In this document: positions 27,002 to 34,973 of the stretch, in pieces | Layout: every line of letters starts with the position of its first letter | How positions within the stretch are numbered: the stretch's first letter is position 1 | UHGV virus genome: UHGV-1373161 | Direction: 5' to 3' (one strand) | Origin: a virus | Length of the DNA: 63,125 nt | Notes under the pieces: generated by a model | What the model saw: only the letters and a program-made list of their open reading frames with translations | What the model was told of the DNA's origin: nothing | Database searches by the model: none | Program-made: the position numbers and the translations under genes

Positions 27002-29482
27002 TTAAGAAAGGCGATACCAGGCGGCCAGGACTACGTAGGCGTTCTTCACGCCCAGCGACTGACCGCTACCCAAGTTCTCTGTTTGACCGGTCACTGCGTG
27101 GTCATGCGCACCGAGATCTACGGTGTGGTCATGCGCACCAGCAGCCGACGTTGTGCCAAATCCGCCTTCTGCTGAACCGGCGACAGGGTTATCGCTACCA
27201 CCCTGTTTCTGCACGCCAGTACCCCATGTGTGGGTATGCTGCCCGTTGTTCGACGTGGTTTTCGTACCCAGGTCTTTGTTCTGCGCGGTACCGCTGATCG
27301 ATACCTGTGTTGCCGGGAGGTTCTCGCGGGCGATAGTTACGCTGTCAGCACCACCGGTCTGCAGCAGGTCGCTGCCGTCCGCTTTCGCCAGCCGGACCGT
27401 CTTCTCCAGTCCCGGAACCAGGATCCAGGTCTGCCCGCTGTATTTGGCGTTCGGGTTAACGTTGGTTGCGAACCAGTGAACCACGCCAGGCTCAAAGGTT
27501 TTGTTGCGTGTGAGAGCCATAAGCTCACTGACGCGCAGGCTGTAGTCAGTGCCGTTGTGGTTGACCAGCAGCAGATCAGCATCGGCAACTTCCGACGCTG
27601 AGATCGGGTTGAGCGAAGTCAGATAGTCGAGGGATACACCAGCCATAATAGGATCCAGTAGTCTGAGTTTGAAAGCCTGTGCGGTCGTCCAGTCGTCATG
27701 GACTATGCCGCCTGTGTCGCCACTGTTTGGGTTGAATGCCCAGTAACAGAAGCTGATACCTTCGCTGCCAGCAGGCAAATCGATATCGCCGTCACCGTCG
27801 AAATCGCCGTTCATGTACAGTTCAAGGTGATAAAGCCACTGGCACTCGTATTCAGCGTGCGGAGCGATGCCCAGCTCGCCAGAGCCATTCGTGCCGAACT
27901 TACCGCCGAACTCGCCAATCCAGACCGGCGCGATACCATTCTCGACGATAAAGCCCCAATGCGAGCGCCATACCTCATAGAGATTCATGGGCCAGTTTGC
28001 TGGAATCGCCTCGCCGTCGTAGGCAAGCCAGGATTGCTGGCCGACCGACTGGCCGTATTCGTGAGGCGAGTAGACGACGCGGTTAGCCTGGTTGAGCTTA
28101 ACCGGTCGAGACGCCACGCCAGCGAGCTGCCCGCCCCACCAGTAGCTTTCGCCGTTGAACGAACCGACACCTTCAACAAAGATCAGCCAGTGAGGCGCAA
28201 TCTGGTGGATGGCATTGCCGCATTGCTCGGCATAATCAGCCCATACCGGCCAGGATAGAGAATACGGCTCGTTATGCAGGTCAGCACCCAGCACATATTC
28301 GTTATCCACGAACTGCTGCGCCAGCGCCTTCCAGTTGGCGATCCACGTTGCCATGGGATACGTGTCGCTGATAGGTGAACCATCAGCGCCACTCCCGGCC
28401 GTGCGGCGGTGGTGGTCAAGGATAACGTAAATTTCTTTCTCTGCGCAGTACGCGATGATGGCGGACAGCACTTCGAGAGCCGTTTTGCCGACCAGCGTCG
28501 GGTTCAGGTCGTAATTGATGACCCCAGCGGCCACGCCTCGCCCGGTAGTCAGCAGATCACCACTGAATGGCAGGCGGACAGAGTTAAAGCCCATCGCCTT
28601 AATCTGGTCGATGATAGCCTTATATCCCCGCGCCCAAAGCCCATGCGGCACATAAACGTCAGTTTCGGCACCGAACCAGTTGATCGAGCGCAGGCGGAAG
28701 TTGTCACCAGCGCCGGTAATCAGCTGGTTCCCGCTGGTGGTGATGCGGGTGCCGATTTCTGCGGTACCGGTGAACGTCGCGTACTGCTTGCCGCCGTCGT
28801 TGATATCGATGGAGATTGAGCCAGAAAAATCACCTGCAGCCTTCGGCTCGAATGTCACCGACAGGGGATATGAATCACCCGGCTGGAGAATTTCTTCGCT
28901 GCCGTTCTTCTGCCGGAAAGCTCCAGCGACGTTGATAGCGCGCAGAAATACCGGGACTTCGCCCGTATTCGTCATAGTCAGCACCTGGGGCGCTGAAACC
29001 TGGTTCACGCCGGTGAGCGGGAATGCCAGAGAAGACGGAGTGACGGTGATTTCAGGCAGCTGAACAGGTTCAGGCTGCTTATCCGGATGAGTGAAGCCTA
29101 CCAGGACTACCGGCGGCCCCAGCAGCTCTACCCGAACGATCATCGGCGCAGTGCCGTGCGTGAAGCACACGAATTGATACTGCAGTACGCGGCGCTCGCT
29201 GGTCATGAACTCCACGATCACAAGCTGGCGGGCATCATCGCCGCCACCTGCCAGCCAGATAACAATGGCGGCATCAGTGAACTGCAGGTTCGTGATGGTC
29301 AGCGGCCCATCTTCCGTGCGCGCGGCGCAGGCGGTTATGCGCTCGTTAGGCTCGATCCAGATTTTGGCATCGAAAGCCCATGCGTGCGTCTCTTCCGCCC
29401 GTTTTACCTGGCGCTCCATAATGCCGTTACCGATATGCAGGACGGCATCATACTGAGATACGGGGAGATAGCCCGACTGCAT
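27002..29482 (-). CDS. Receptor-binding protein 1: tailspike with Ig/ASH-like domain and glycoside hydrolase family 5 catalytic domain; C-terminal HDH repeats
   Basis: Start set at ATG 29482 (MQSGYLP), after the upstream stop at 29499; GH5 motifs INWFGAE, GFNSVRLPF, LHNEPYS (acid/base NEP), IGEFGG (nucleophile); C-term AHDHTVDLGAHDHAV. Confidence 0.65.
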   Translation of the reverse strand: MQSGYLPVSQYDAVLHIGNGIMERQVKRAEETHAWAFDAKIWIEPNERITACAARTEDGPLTITNLQFTDAAIVIWLAGGGDDARQLVIVEFMTSERRVLQYQFVCFTHGTAPMIVRVELLGPPVVLVGFTHPDKQPEPVQLPEITVTPSSLAFPLTGVNQVSAPQVLTMTNTGEVPVFLRAINVAGAFRQKNGSEEILQPGDSYPLSVTFEPKAAGDFSGSISIDINDGGKQYATFTGTAEIGTRITTSGNQLITGAGDNFRLRSINWFGAETDVYVPHGLWARGYKAIIDQIKAMGFNSVRLPFSGDLLTTGRGVAAGVINYDLNPTLVGKTALEVLSAIIAYCAEKEIYVILDHHRRTAGSGADGSPISDTYPMATWIANWKALAQQFVDNEYVLGADLHNEPYSLSWPVWADYAEQCGNAIHQIAPHWLIFVEGVGSFNGESYWWGGQLAGVASRPVKLNQANRVVYSPHEYGQSVGQQSWLAYDGEAIPANWPMNLYEVWRSHWGFIVENGIAPVWIGEFGGKFGTNGSGELGIAPHAEYECQWLYHLELYMNGDFDGDGDIDLPAGSEGISFCYWAFNPNSGDTGGIVHDDWTTAQAFKLRLLDPIMAGVSLDYLTSLNPISASEVADADLLLVNHNGTDYSLRVSELMALTRNKTFEPGVVHWFATNVNPNAKYSGQTWILVPGLEKTVRLAKADGSDLLQTGGADSVTIARENLPATQVSISGTAQNKDLGTKTTSNNGQHTHTWGTGVQKQGGSDNPVAGSAEGGFGTTSAAGAHDHTVDLGAHDHAVTGQTENLGSGQSLGVKNAYVVLAAWYRLS

Positions 29483-29498
29483 CGGGCGTCCCTGGTAC

Positions 29499-30116
29499 TC
29501 AGAAAAAGCTGGCTTTGGTGCGCTTTCTGGCACGCTGCTGCCCTCGCATGTTGTAGGCAAAATTCCGGTCAAGCATTGCGGTGAACCTGGAATCGAACAC
29601 CGCCGCCATCTGCGGGTTAGTGAATGGCTGGTTCGGGATAAGCAGGAGTGTGGACAGGGCACCATCCGCCAGCGCCTGCGCGAACTGCTCAAAAAAGAAC
29701 TGCGGCAGCTCGTCAGCAGTCTGCGACGGTTTCAGCCACATCGAGAGGCGAACCGTTCCAGGACTGCCTGCAGGCATCAGCAGAAGGGTATCCGGCAGCT
29801 GCTGCGAGAACCGGCGTGGAAAGCCGTTGTCGTGAAACAGCATATCTTCTGCGTAGCCAGTCGGCTCCAGCTCCTGCTCTTCGAACCAGGCCTTTTCGAT
29901 CTCATAAAGTGCTGTGCCCGGCACGATGGCCGGGATAACTACACGGCTTTCGCCGTCTGTCTCGAATTCGTCCACGTCGCGCCAGCAGCGCGTGCGCTCA
30001 CATAACGTGATTGCGGCGTCGCGAAGGTGATCGACGGCCAGCGGCTCCGGGCAACCCGGCGCGTACATGAGGACTTTCGGATACAGGTCTTCAATCGGTC
30101 TGTTGGGAGGCATCAT
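29499..30116 (-). CDS. Virion structural protein, 205 aa
   Basis: Late-operon ORF between the neck-region genes and RBP1; overlap-coupled. Confidence 0.4.
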   Translation of the reverse strand: MMPPNRPIEDLYPKVLMYAPGCPEPLAVDHLRDAAITLCERTRCWRDVDEFETDGESRVVIPAIVPGTALYEIEKAWFEEQELEPTGYAEDMLFHDNGFPRRFSQQLPDTLLLMPAGSPGTVRLSMWLKPSQTADELPQFFFEQFAQALADGALSTLLLIPNQPFTNPQMAAVFDSRFTAMLDRNFAYNMRGQQRARKRTKASFF

Positions 30117-30841
30117 TGCTGCGTTACCCCCACAGCACCGCGACCAACGCCGGATTTGACGTTAGGCGACATGTTGGTTTCGACCGTGACCTGAATACCC
30201 AGCTCGTTGGCGTACTGCTGATACCAGGCTGCGGCGCGTGCTGCGGCACCAGCTACCTGGGCGTCCTTCGCGTAAGCGCGGTGGAGGACAAAATACAGCA
30301 GCGCGTTCGAGTAGATTTCATTGACGGTGAGCGGCAGGTCATAGCTTTCGAGGCTGTGAGCGTCCGCACCATCGGCCAGGACGATAGCCTGCGGGATCTC
30401 CGATAATACCGCCTCGATGTAGCCGGTGCCGTCGTTGCCGGGATAGACATAGAATGCGCGCGGGTTAGCCTCATCGAAAACGATGTGCTTCGCCTGCTGG
30501 CGGTACCGCACGGAATCAGGGTCATGCCAGGACGGATTGACGGCATCGAGCGCATCGACGCCGACCACAGAGATGATCTTACGCGGCATCCGGTCCGACT
30601 TATCGCCGCGCATATTCCGCACCACGCGGAGGATGCCGTTATATTTCGTCGGGATGCTCTGATAGGTGCCTTCGTTCAGGGCCAGCGTGACAGTTACCGC
30701 CGTTGCGCTGGGTTTTTGTGTAACGATAGCCAGCAGGCCATCATTCAGCCACTTCAGCAGCTCCGGCAAATCCCAGCGAACGTAGCCCTCATCGAGCAGG
30801 AGGATCCCCGCCCTGTCCAGAAGCTCTTTCGCGGTCTTCAT
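30113..30841 (-). CDS. Virion structural protein, 242 aa (head-tail adaptor candidate)
   Basis: Position downstream of the head genes; overlap-coupled. Confidence 0.4.
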   Translation of the reverse strand: MKTAKELLDRAGILLLDEGYVRWDLPELLKWLNDGLLAIVTQKPSATAVTVTLALNEGTYQSIPTKYNGILRVVRNMRGDKSDRMPRKIISVVGVDALDAVNPSWHDPDSVRYRQQAKHIVFDEANPRAFYVYPGNDGTGYIEAVLSEIPQAIVLADGADAHSLESYDLPLTVNEIYSNALLYFVLHRAYAKDAQVAGAAARAAAWYQQYANELGIQVTVETNMSPNVKSGVGRGAVGVTQQ

Positions 30842-31428
30842 CAGGAGATCCCCAGCAGGGTTTTAGCAGCAGCCTGATCAGCGGCCTGCAGAAGCTGACG
30901 TCCAAACGCGCCGGAGTCGGTTACGTCGATTGCTGCTGGCTTCCAGTTACCGGCCTTCGCCTGGGTAGCGGTGGTGCCGATCACCAGGTTCGAGTTACCA
31001 ATCCCCGCGCCGATGGCTGCGCGCGCTGCGGCTGCATCTGCTGCCTTCAGTACATTCTTGCCAACTGTTGAGGCGTCGGTGATTTGGTCGCTGGTGACTG
31101 TTACCGCTCCACCGCCACCGGTATCGCCGCCCTTTGCCAGCACCATGAAGAAGGTATTCCCTGGTCCAGTCTCGCCACGACCTACCGGGTAAAACCCATC
31201 GTTAATGGCATCGGCAAGCGCCTGGTTGAAACGCACCAGGCCCACAGCCTTAATGACTTTGCAGGCATCGACCGGCGTGCCGGTATCAACCATGACGATG
31301 CTCACATCGCCGTTGGAGATCGGGATTATCGAGCCATGCGGAGAAAAGCCGTCAGTGACAGCAGCAGCGATAAGGCCGTTCAGACGGTCCAGGCCGTCAG
31401 CGGAGATAACTTTGCAAGCATCGATCAT
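30841..31428 (-). CDS. Virion protein, 195 aa, with tandem ~35-aa repeat and fibre-anchor-like C-terminus
   Basis: Repeat IDACKVISADGLDRLNGLIAAAVTDGF / VDACKVIKAVGLVRFNQALADAINDGF; C-term ...AAAKTLLGIS. Confidence 0.4.
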   Translation of the reverse strand: MIDACKVISADGLDRLNGLIAAAVTDGFSPHGSIIPISNGDVSIVMVDTGTPVDACKVIKAVGLVRFNQALADAINDGFYPVGRGETGPGNTFFMVLAKGGDTGGGGAVTVTSDQITDASTVGKNVLKAADAAAARAAIGAGIGNSNLVIGTTATQAKAGNWKPAAIDVTDSGAFGRQLLQAADQAAAKTLLGIS

Positions 31429-31437
31429 GGTTTCCCC

Positions 31438-32091
31438 TTACGCTTCGCTGATTGCGCGCTTCAGGTTGGCGGCAGTCATGCTCTTGGCCGGGTTACGCTT
31501 GAACACTTTCTTGTATTCAGCGCGCAGGGTTTCCAGCTCGTCTTCGGTGTCGATCTGGTCCGGGCCGTTAGAGGACTGCTCACCGGCATCGCCGCCGTTC
31601 TGACCAGCGTCGGCAGAATCATCGGCGCTGTCTTCGTCTTCGCCGTCTTCAGCAGCGGCAGGAGTTCCAGCGACAGCCGTAGGGGCGGCCGGTACAGTGG
31701 CCTGCAGCTCCAGCAGCACCTGGTCGATCCACTCGGTACGGTCTTCGTCGTCCAGCTCGTTCCATTCGTCCGGGGTCTTGCCGGAATCCTTCTGTGCCAT
31801 TTCAACAACGTCAGCCAGCTCGATGGTGCCGCCGGGGATATTGTAGATCGGGCTGTGAAGTGCGCTGGTTTTCAGGTCGATTTTAACGCGTGGCTTCTCT
31901 TCTTCCTGCTCGCCTTCAGCGGAGCGATAGCCCTCAGTGATGCGCAGCAGCGTGGAAATGTGAGAGGCTTCGACCACATCAGCGATATGGCGCGGATCGG
32001 ACTCGCTCGGCTTGAAATGGTACTCAACGCGCGGGGCTTCGAGCTGTACGCGGGAACCGCCAGGGCGATGGAGGATGCATTCAATTTTCAT
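31438..32091 (-). CDS. Acidic virion-module protein, 217 aa, with C-terminal HeH/SAP (Rho_N-like) motif
   Basis: Asp/Glu-rich central region; C-term ETLRAEYKKVFKRNPAKSMTAANLKRAISEA. Confidence 0.4.
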   Translation of the reverse strand: MKIECILHRPGGSRVQLEAPRVEYHFKPSESDPRHIADVVEASHISTLLRITEGYRSAEGEQEEEKPRVKIDLKTSALHSPIYNIPGGTIELADVVEMAQKDSGKTPDEWNELDDEDRTEWIDQVLLELQATVPAAPTAVAGTPAAAEDGEDEDSADDSADAGQNGGDAGEQSSNGPDQIDTEDELETLRAEYKKVFKRNPAKSMTAANLKRAISEA

Positions 32092-32142
32092 GGATATTCC
32101 TCGGAACGATGAAAAGACAGGGGCTTTCGCCCCTGCTGGTGA

Positions 32143-32607
32143 TTACTGCTGGTACTGCGCGATGGAGAGCAGCAGACCGATCTTCTTGCCTGCACCGGCG
32201 GTGACAGCTGCGGAGAACTTCACGCCGATGGAGCGGTCTTTCTGCGTCGGACCGACCAGCAGGGCGGCCGACTTCGCCAGCTGGGTAACTTCAGCGGTCA
32301 GCGCAGCAGCTGCGAACAGCTCGGTACCAACGGTACGGGCGGAACCGTCTTCGTTGGTCGGCTCACCGGTGAGGCCGGACATAAGGCCAACATCAACGGT
32401 CGCCGCGCCCAGGCTTCCCACCGTGATCAGCTTCGCATCAACGATGCGGGCATACGGAGGAAGGATCGCCAGCTCCAGAATATCGTTCGCAGCGATACCA
32501 GCTGCAGGAATATCCATGATGTACAGCTGGCTGTGCGTCGCAAATGCGGTCTGCGGACGCGCGGGCAACAGCATGCCGGTTGCCCACGGAGATTGAAACA
32601 GTGCCAT
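32143..32607 (-). CDS. Head-associated protein, 154 aa (decoration/accessory candidate)
   Basis: Immediately downstream of the major capsid gene. Confidence 0.4.
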   Translation of the reverse strand: MALFQSPWATGMLLPARPQTAFATHSQLYIMDIPAAGIAANDILELAILPPYARIVDAKLITVGSLGAATVDVGLMSGLTGEPTNEDGSARTVGTELFAAAALTAEVTQLAKSAALLVGPTQKDRSIGVKFSAAVTAGAGKKIGLLLSIAQYQQ

Positions 32608-32619
32608 GTGGTGATCCCC

Positions 32620-33723
32620 TTATGCTGCGTTCGGGTCTTTCGCTGCGGTGTCGATAGCCACCACGCCGAAATCGCGCTTGTTGAAACGGGTCTTGCTGAT
32701 GCCGATGATGGTACCGGCGGCAACAGACGGCTCGTTGTCGTAGTCAGCCAGCTTCTCTTTCCAGGTGAAGTTCAGGCCTTTGGTGGTGCCGTAAGCAACC
32801 ACACCAGCCTGGCGGCCCAGGAAGAGCGCGCGGGCGGCTTTGACGTTGGACGCTGCGCCGTAGTCGCTGAAGCGGATAACGTCGCGGTGCTTGTGCAGCA
32901 CGATATCATCGATCATGCCCAGGCCGCCTTTGAAGATGACGTTGGCTTTACCTTCAGCAGCGGCAGCGGCTTTCTGGATATCCAGCCAGCCCGCACCGGC
33001 TTCGGTACGCAGGTCAAACGCCTGGGTCGGGTTCATCACCAGCACGTAGTGGTCGCTTCCGCCGATAGGGATCGGGAGCAGGTTGGCGCTACGCGGGTCA
33101 AGCGCACGCATCATCGCTGCCTTATGGCTCGCCTTCTCAATCAGCAGGCGGGTCATTTTGTCGTCAGCGGTCAGGGTGGCTTTGCTGGTGGCGGAACCAC
33201 CAAACAGCAGGTGCTGGCCGTCCGGGGTGCGGATCGGGTTGCCTGCGTGCCCGGCGTAGTCGGACGGGAACGATTCATAGTTCTCGTTCATGCCGCGAGC
33301 GCCCGACAGGTAGATGAAGAACATCTGGTCGATGTACTGGCCCCACCATTCGGACAGGCGTTTTTTCGCAACGTCACGCAGATCGTGAGCGGTACGCTTG
33401 CGGGTCATCTTGCCGCCGCAGGAAACAGACTTACGCAGCTGGTCAATGATGATTTCGTCGGAGAAGAACTTCAGCTGTTCTTCGTTGCCTTCCAGACGCT
33501 GGTCGCCGGAAACCGGGCCGCCGCGTAACTGGACGGAGAGATCGAAGCTAATGCGGTCGCCCACGTCAGCATCGAGTTCGGTCTTGCGCTGGATTACTGC
33601 GTCATCACCTTTACCGATGAATTTTTCCCAGTAGCTCTTCCCCAGCGTTTCCGCGTAGAGACGCGCCGACCATTTTTTCTGCGCCTGGACATCATTGCCC
33701 CAGGTGATAGTGGTTTGGCTCAT
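32620..33723 (-). CDS. Major capsid protein, 367 aa
   Basis: Follows the scaffold gene; size and composition typical of HK97-fold podophage coat proteins. Confidence 0.65.
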   Translation of the reverse strand: MSQTTITWGNDVQAQKKWSARLYAETLGKSYWEKFIGKGDDAVIQRKTELDADVGDRISFDLSVQLRGGPVSGDQRLEGNEEQLKFFSDEIIIDQLRKSVSCGGKMTRKRTAHDLRDVAKKRLSEWWGQYIDQMFFIYLSGARGMNENYESFPSDYAGHAGNPIRTPDGQHLLFGGSATSKATLTADDKMTRLLIEKASHKAAMMRALDPRSANLLPIPIGGSDHYVLVMNPTQAFDLRTEAGAGWLDIQKAAAAAEGKANVIFKGGLGMIDDIVLHKHRDVIRFSDYGAASNVKAARALFLGRQAGVVAYGTTKGLNFTWKEKLADYDNEPSVAAGTIIGISKTRFNKRDFGVVAIDTAAKDPNAA

Positions 33724-33802
33724 AATGTGCCCTCAAGAACGTGCGGTGTGTCGGGATCGCCGCACGTCTTGCGCAGCATTACGTTTCGATTATCGAATGA
33801 CT

Positions 33803-33821
33803 GTTGCTGAAATGCAAACAC
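33803..33821. promoter_or_regulatory. Palindrome-family variant GTTGCTgaaatGCAAACAC upstream of the coat gene
   Basis: Shares 17 nt (GAAATGCAAACACTCA) with site 40586-40603 and the left arm with the GTTGCT-N5-AGCAAC family. Confidence 0.45.
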
Positions 33822-34031
33822 TCATGTCATGGCAATGGCTGTTTTGCTTGGAATGTCAACCTCCTGTTGCCCCTCTACAGCGCCGGGGCGCTTATCGCAG
33901 TGAATAATTACGCTTTCCGGCGCTTCGATTATAAAGCTGCACCGTTTACCGGCCTTCTTCACCATACGCACGGTTGCGTCGCCAATTTTCAGCACGTCGC
34001 CCTCGCGCAAATCGAATTTAAGTGCCCCCAC
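33822..34031 (-). CDS. CsrA-like small RNA-binding protein, 69 aa
   Basis: GTG start with AGGAG SD 8 nt upstream; aligns to CsrA: LREGDVLKIGDATVRMV..SFIIEAPESVIIH vs VGETLMIGDEVTVTV..RIGVNAPKEVSVH. Confidence 0.5.
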   Translation of the reverse strand: MGALKFDLREGDVLKIGDATVRMVKKAGKRCSFIIEAPESVIIHCDKRPGAVEGQQEVDIPSKTAIAMT

Positions 34032-34042
34032 GCTGTTTCTCC

Positions 34043-34966
34043 TTATCGACGGGTGTATGCGTCGTATTCGTCGGCGCTCATGCGGGCGATAGTCTCCTGG
34101 TACTTCTGAGGATCGCTATCAGCCATGCGGTCGAGCGCTGCGAACTTGCCATCGTCGGTATCTTCCGGCGCGGCGGCTGGCACCTTCGCCAGTGTCGGGG
34201 GGATATCCAGCGCCTTTTGCTGCTGCTTCGGCTGCTGCTGGGCCGCCTGCTCCTGCTTCGGATTTTCGCTCGCCGGTTTCGGCGGTGCAATTCCGCGCTC
34301 ATCGGCCCAAATGCGATACGCCCGCTCAAGGTCAGCTTCACCATAGCGAAGGCCTTGCTCTGCCTTTGCCTTTGTGATGCTCTGCACCAGCAGGTCGAGG
34401 GCTTTAAAGTCCTCTTCGCTGGCGTAAATTTCAGGGTGACGCTCAGCAAACGCCTTCACATCGGCCTGCCACTGGCGCTCGATCTGCTGTTCGACGCTTT
34501 CGCGGTTCAACTCGTCTTTACGCTGCTGCCAGTCCAGATCCCCGCGCTCTTTGTTCAGCTCGCGCAGCTGGGCATTATATTCGCGGGTGGTAAGCTCGCC
34601 CTCTTCGAACTTCTCGATCAGCTCTTCTTCGCGCTTATCGATATCGTCATACTTAGCCTTCAGCTCTTCGGTTGCCACCGGCTTAAATACCGGCTGCGGC
34701 ACCGGTGCTTCAGGCTGCTGGGCTTTCTGCTGCTCCTGTTGGCCCTGCTGCTCTTCCTGCTGCTGCTCTTCCGGCTTCCCATCTTTCTCCGGATCTGGCT
34801 TTTTGTCCGGATCGGTGTCCTGCTCTTCTTCCTGCTGTTGTTGCTGCTGGGCGGCAACCTGATCCAAATCTACCTCCTGGTGCTCGGAATCACTATCCGG
34901 CGCTTCCAGGGCGGCGCGCTCTTCTTCGGTCAGGTTAGCCAGAATGCTTTCATCGATATCAGCCAT
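34043..34966 (-). CDS. Scaffolding protein, 307 aa
   Basis: Highly charged Gln/Glu/Lys-rich coiled coil between portal and coat. Confidence 0.55.
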   Translation of the reverse strand: MADIDESILANLTEEERAALEAPDSDSEHQEVDLDQVAAQQQQQQEEEQDTDPDKKPDPEKDGKPEEQQQEEQQGQQEQQKAQQPEAPVPQPVFKPVATEELKAKYDDIDKREEELIEKFEEGELTTREYNAQLRELNKERGDLDWQQRKDELNRESVEQQIERQWQADVKAFAERHPEIYASEEDFKALDLLVQSITKAKAEQGLRYGEADLERAYRIWADERGIAPPKPASENPKQEQAAQQQPKQQQKALDIPPTLAKVPAAAPEDTDDGKFAALDRMADSDPQKYQETIARMSADEYDAYTRR

Positions 34967-34973
34967 AATTTCC

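Noticed and set aside
29483-29692. First ~70 codons of the 896-aa tailspike ORF
   Set aside because: This N-terminal extension overlaps the upstream gene (stop at 29499) out of frame and is Arg/Cys/Trp-rich junk; the first credible start is ATG 29482
33695-33907. Plus-strand 70-aa ORF overlapping the coat upstream region
   Set aside because: It overlaps the coat 5-prime end and the shared regulatory element and has no SD; most likely a chance frame
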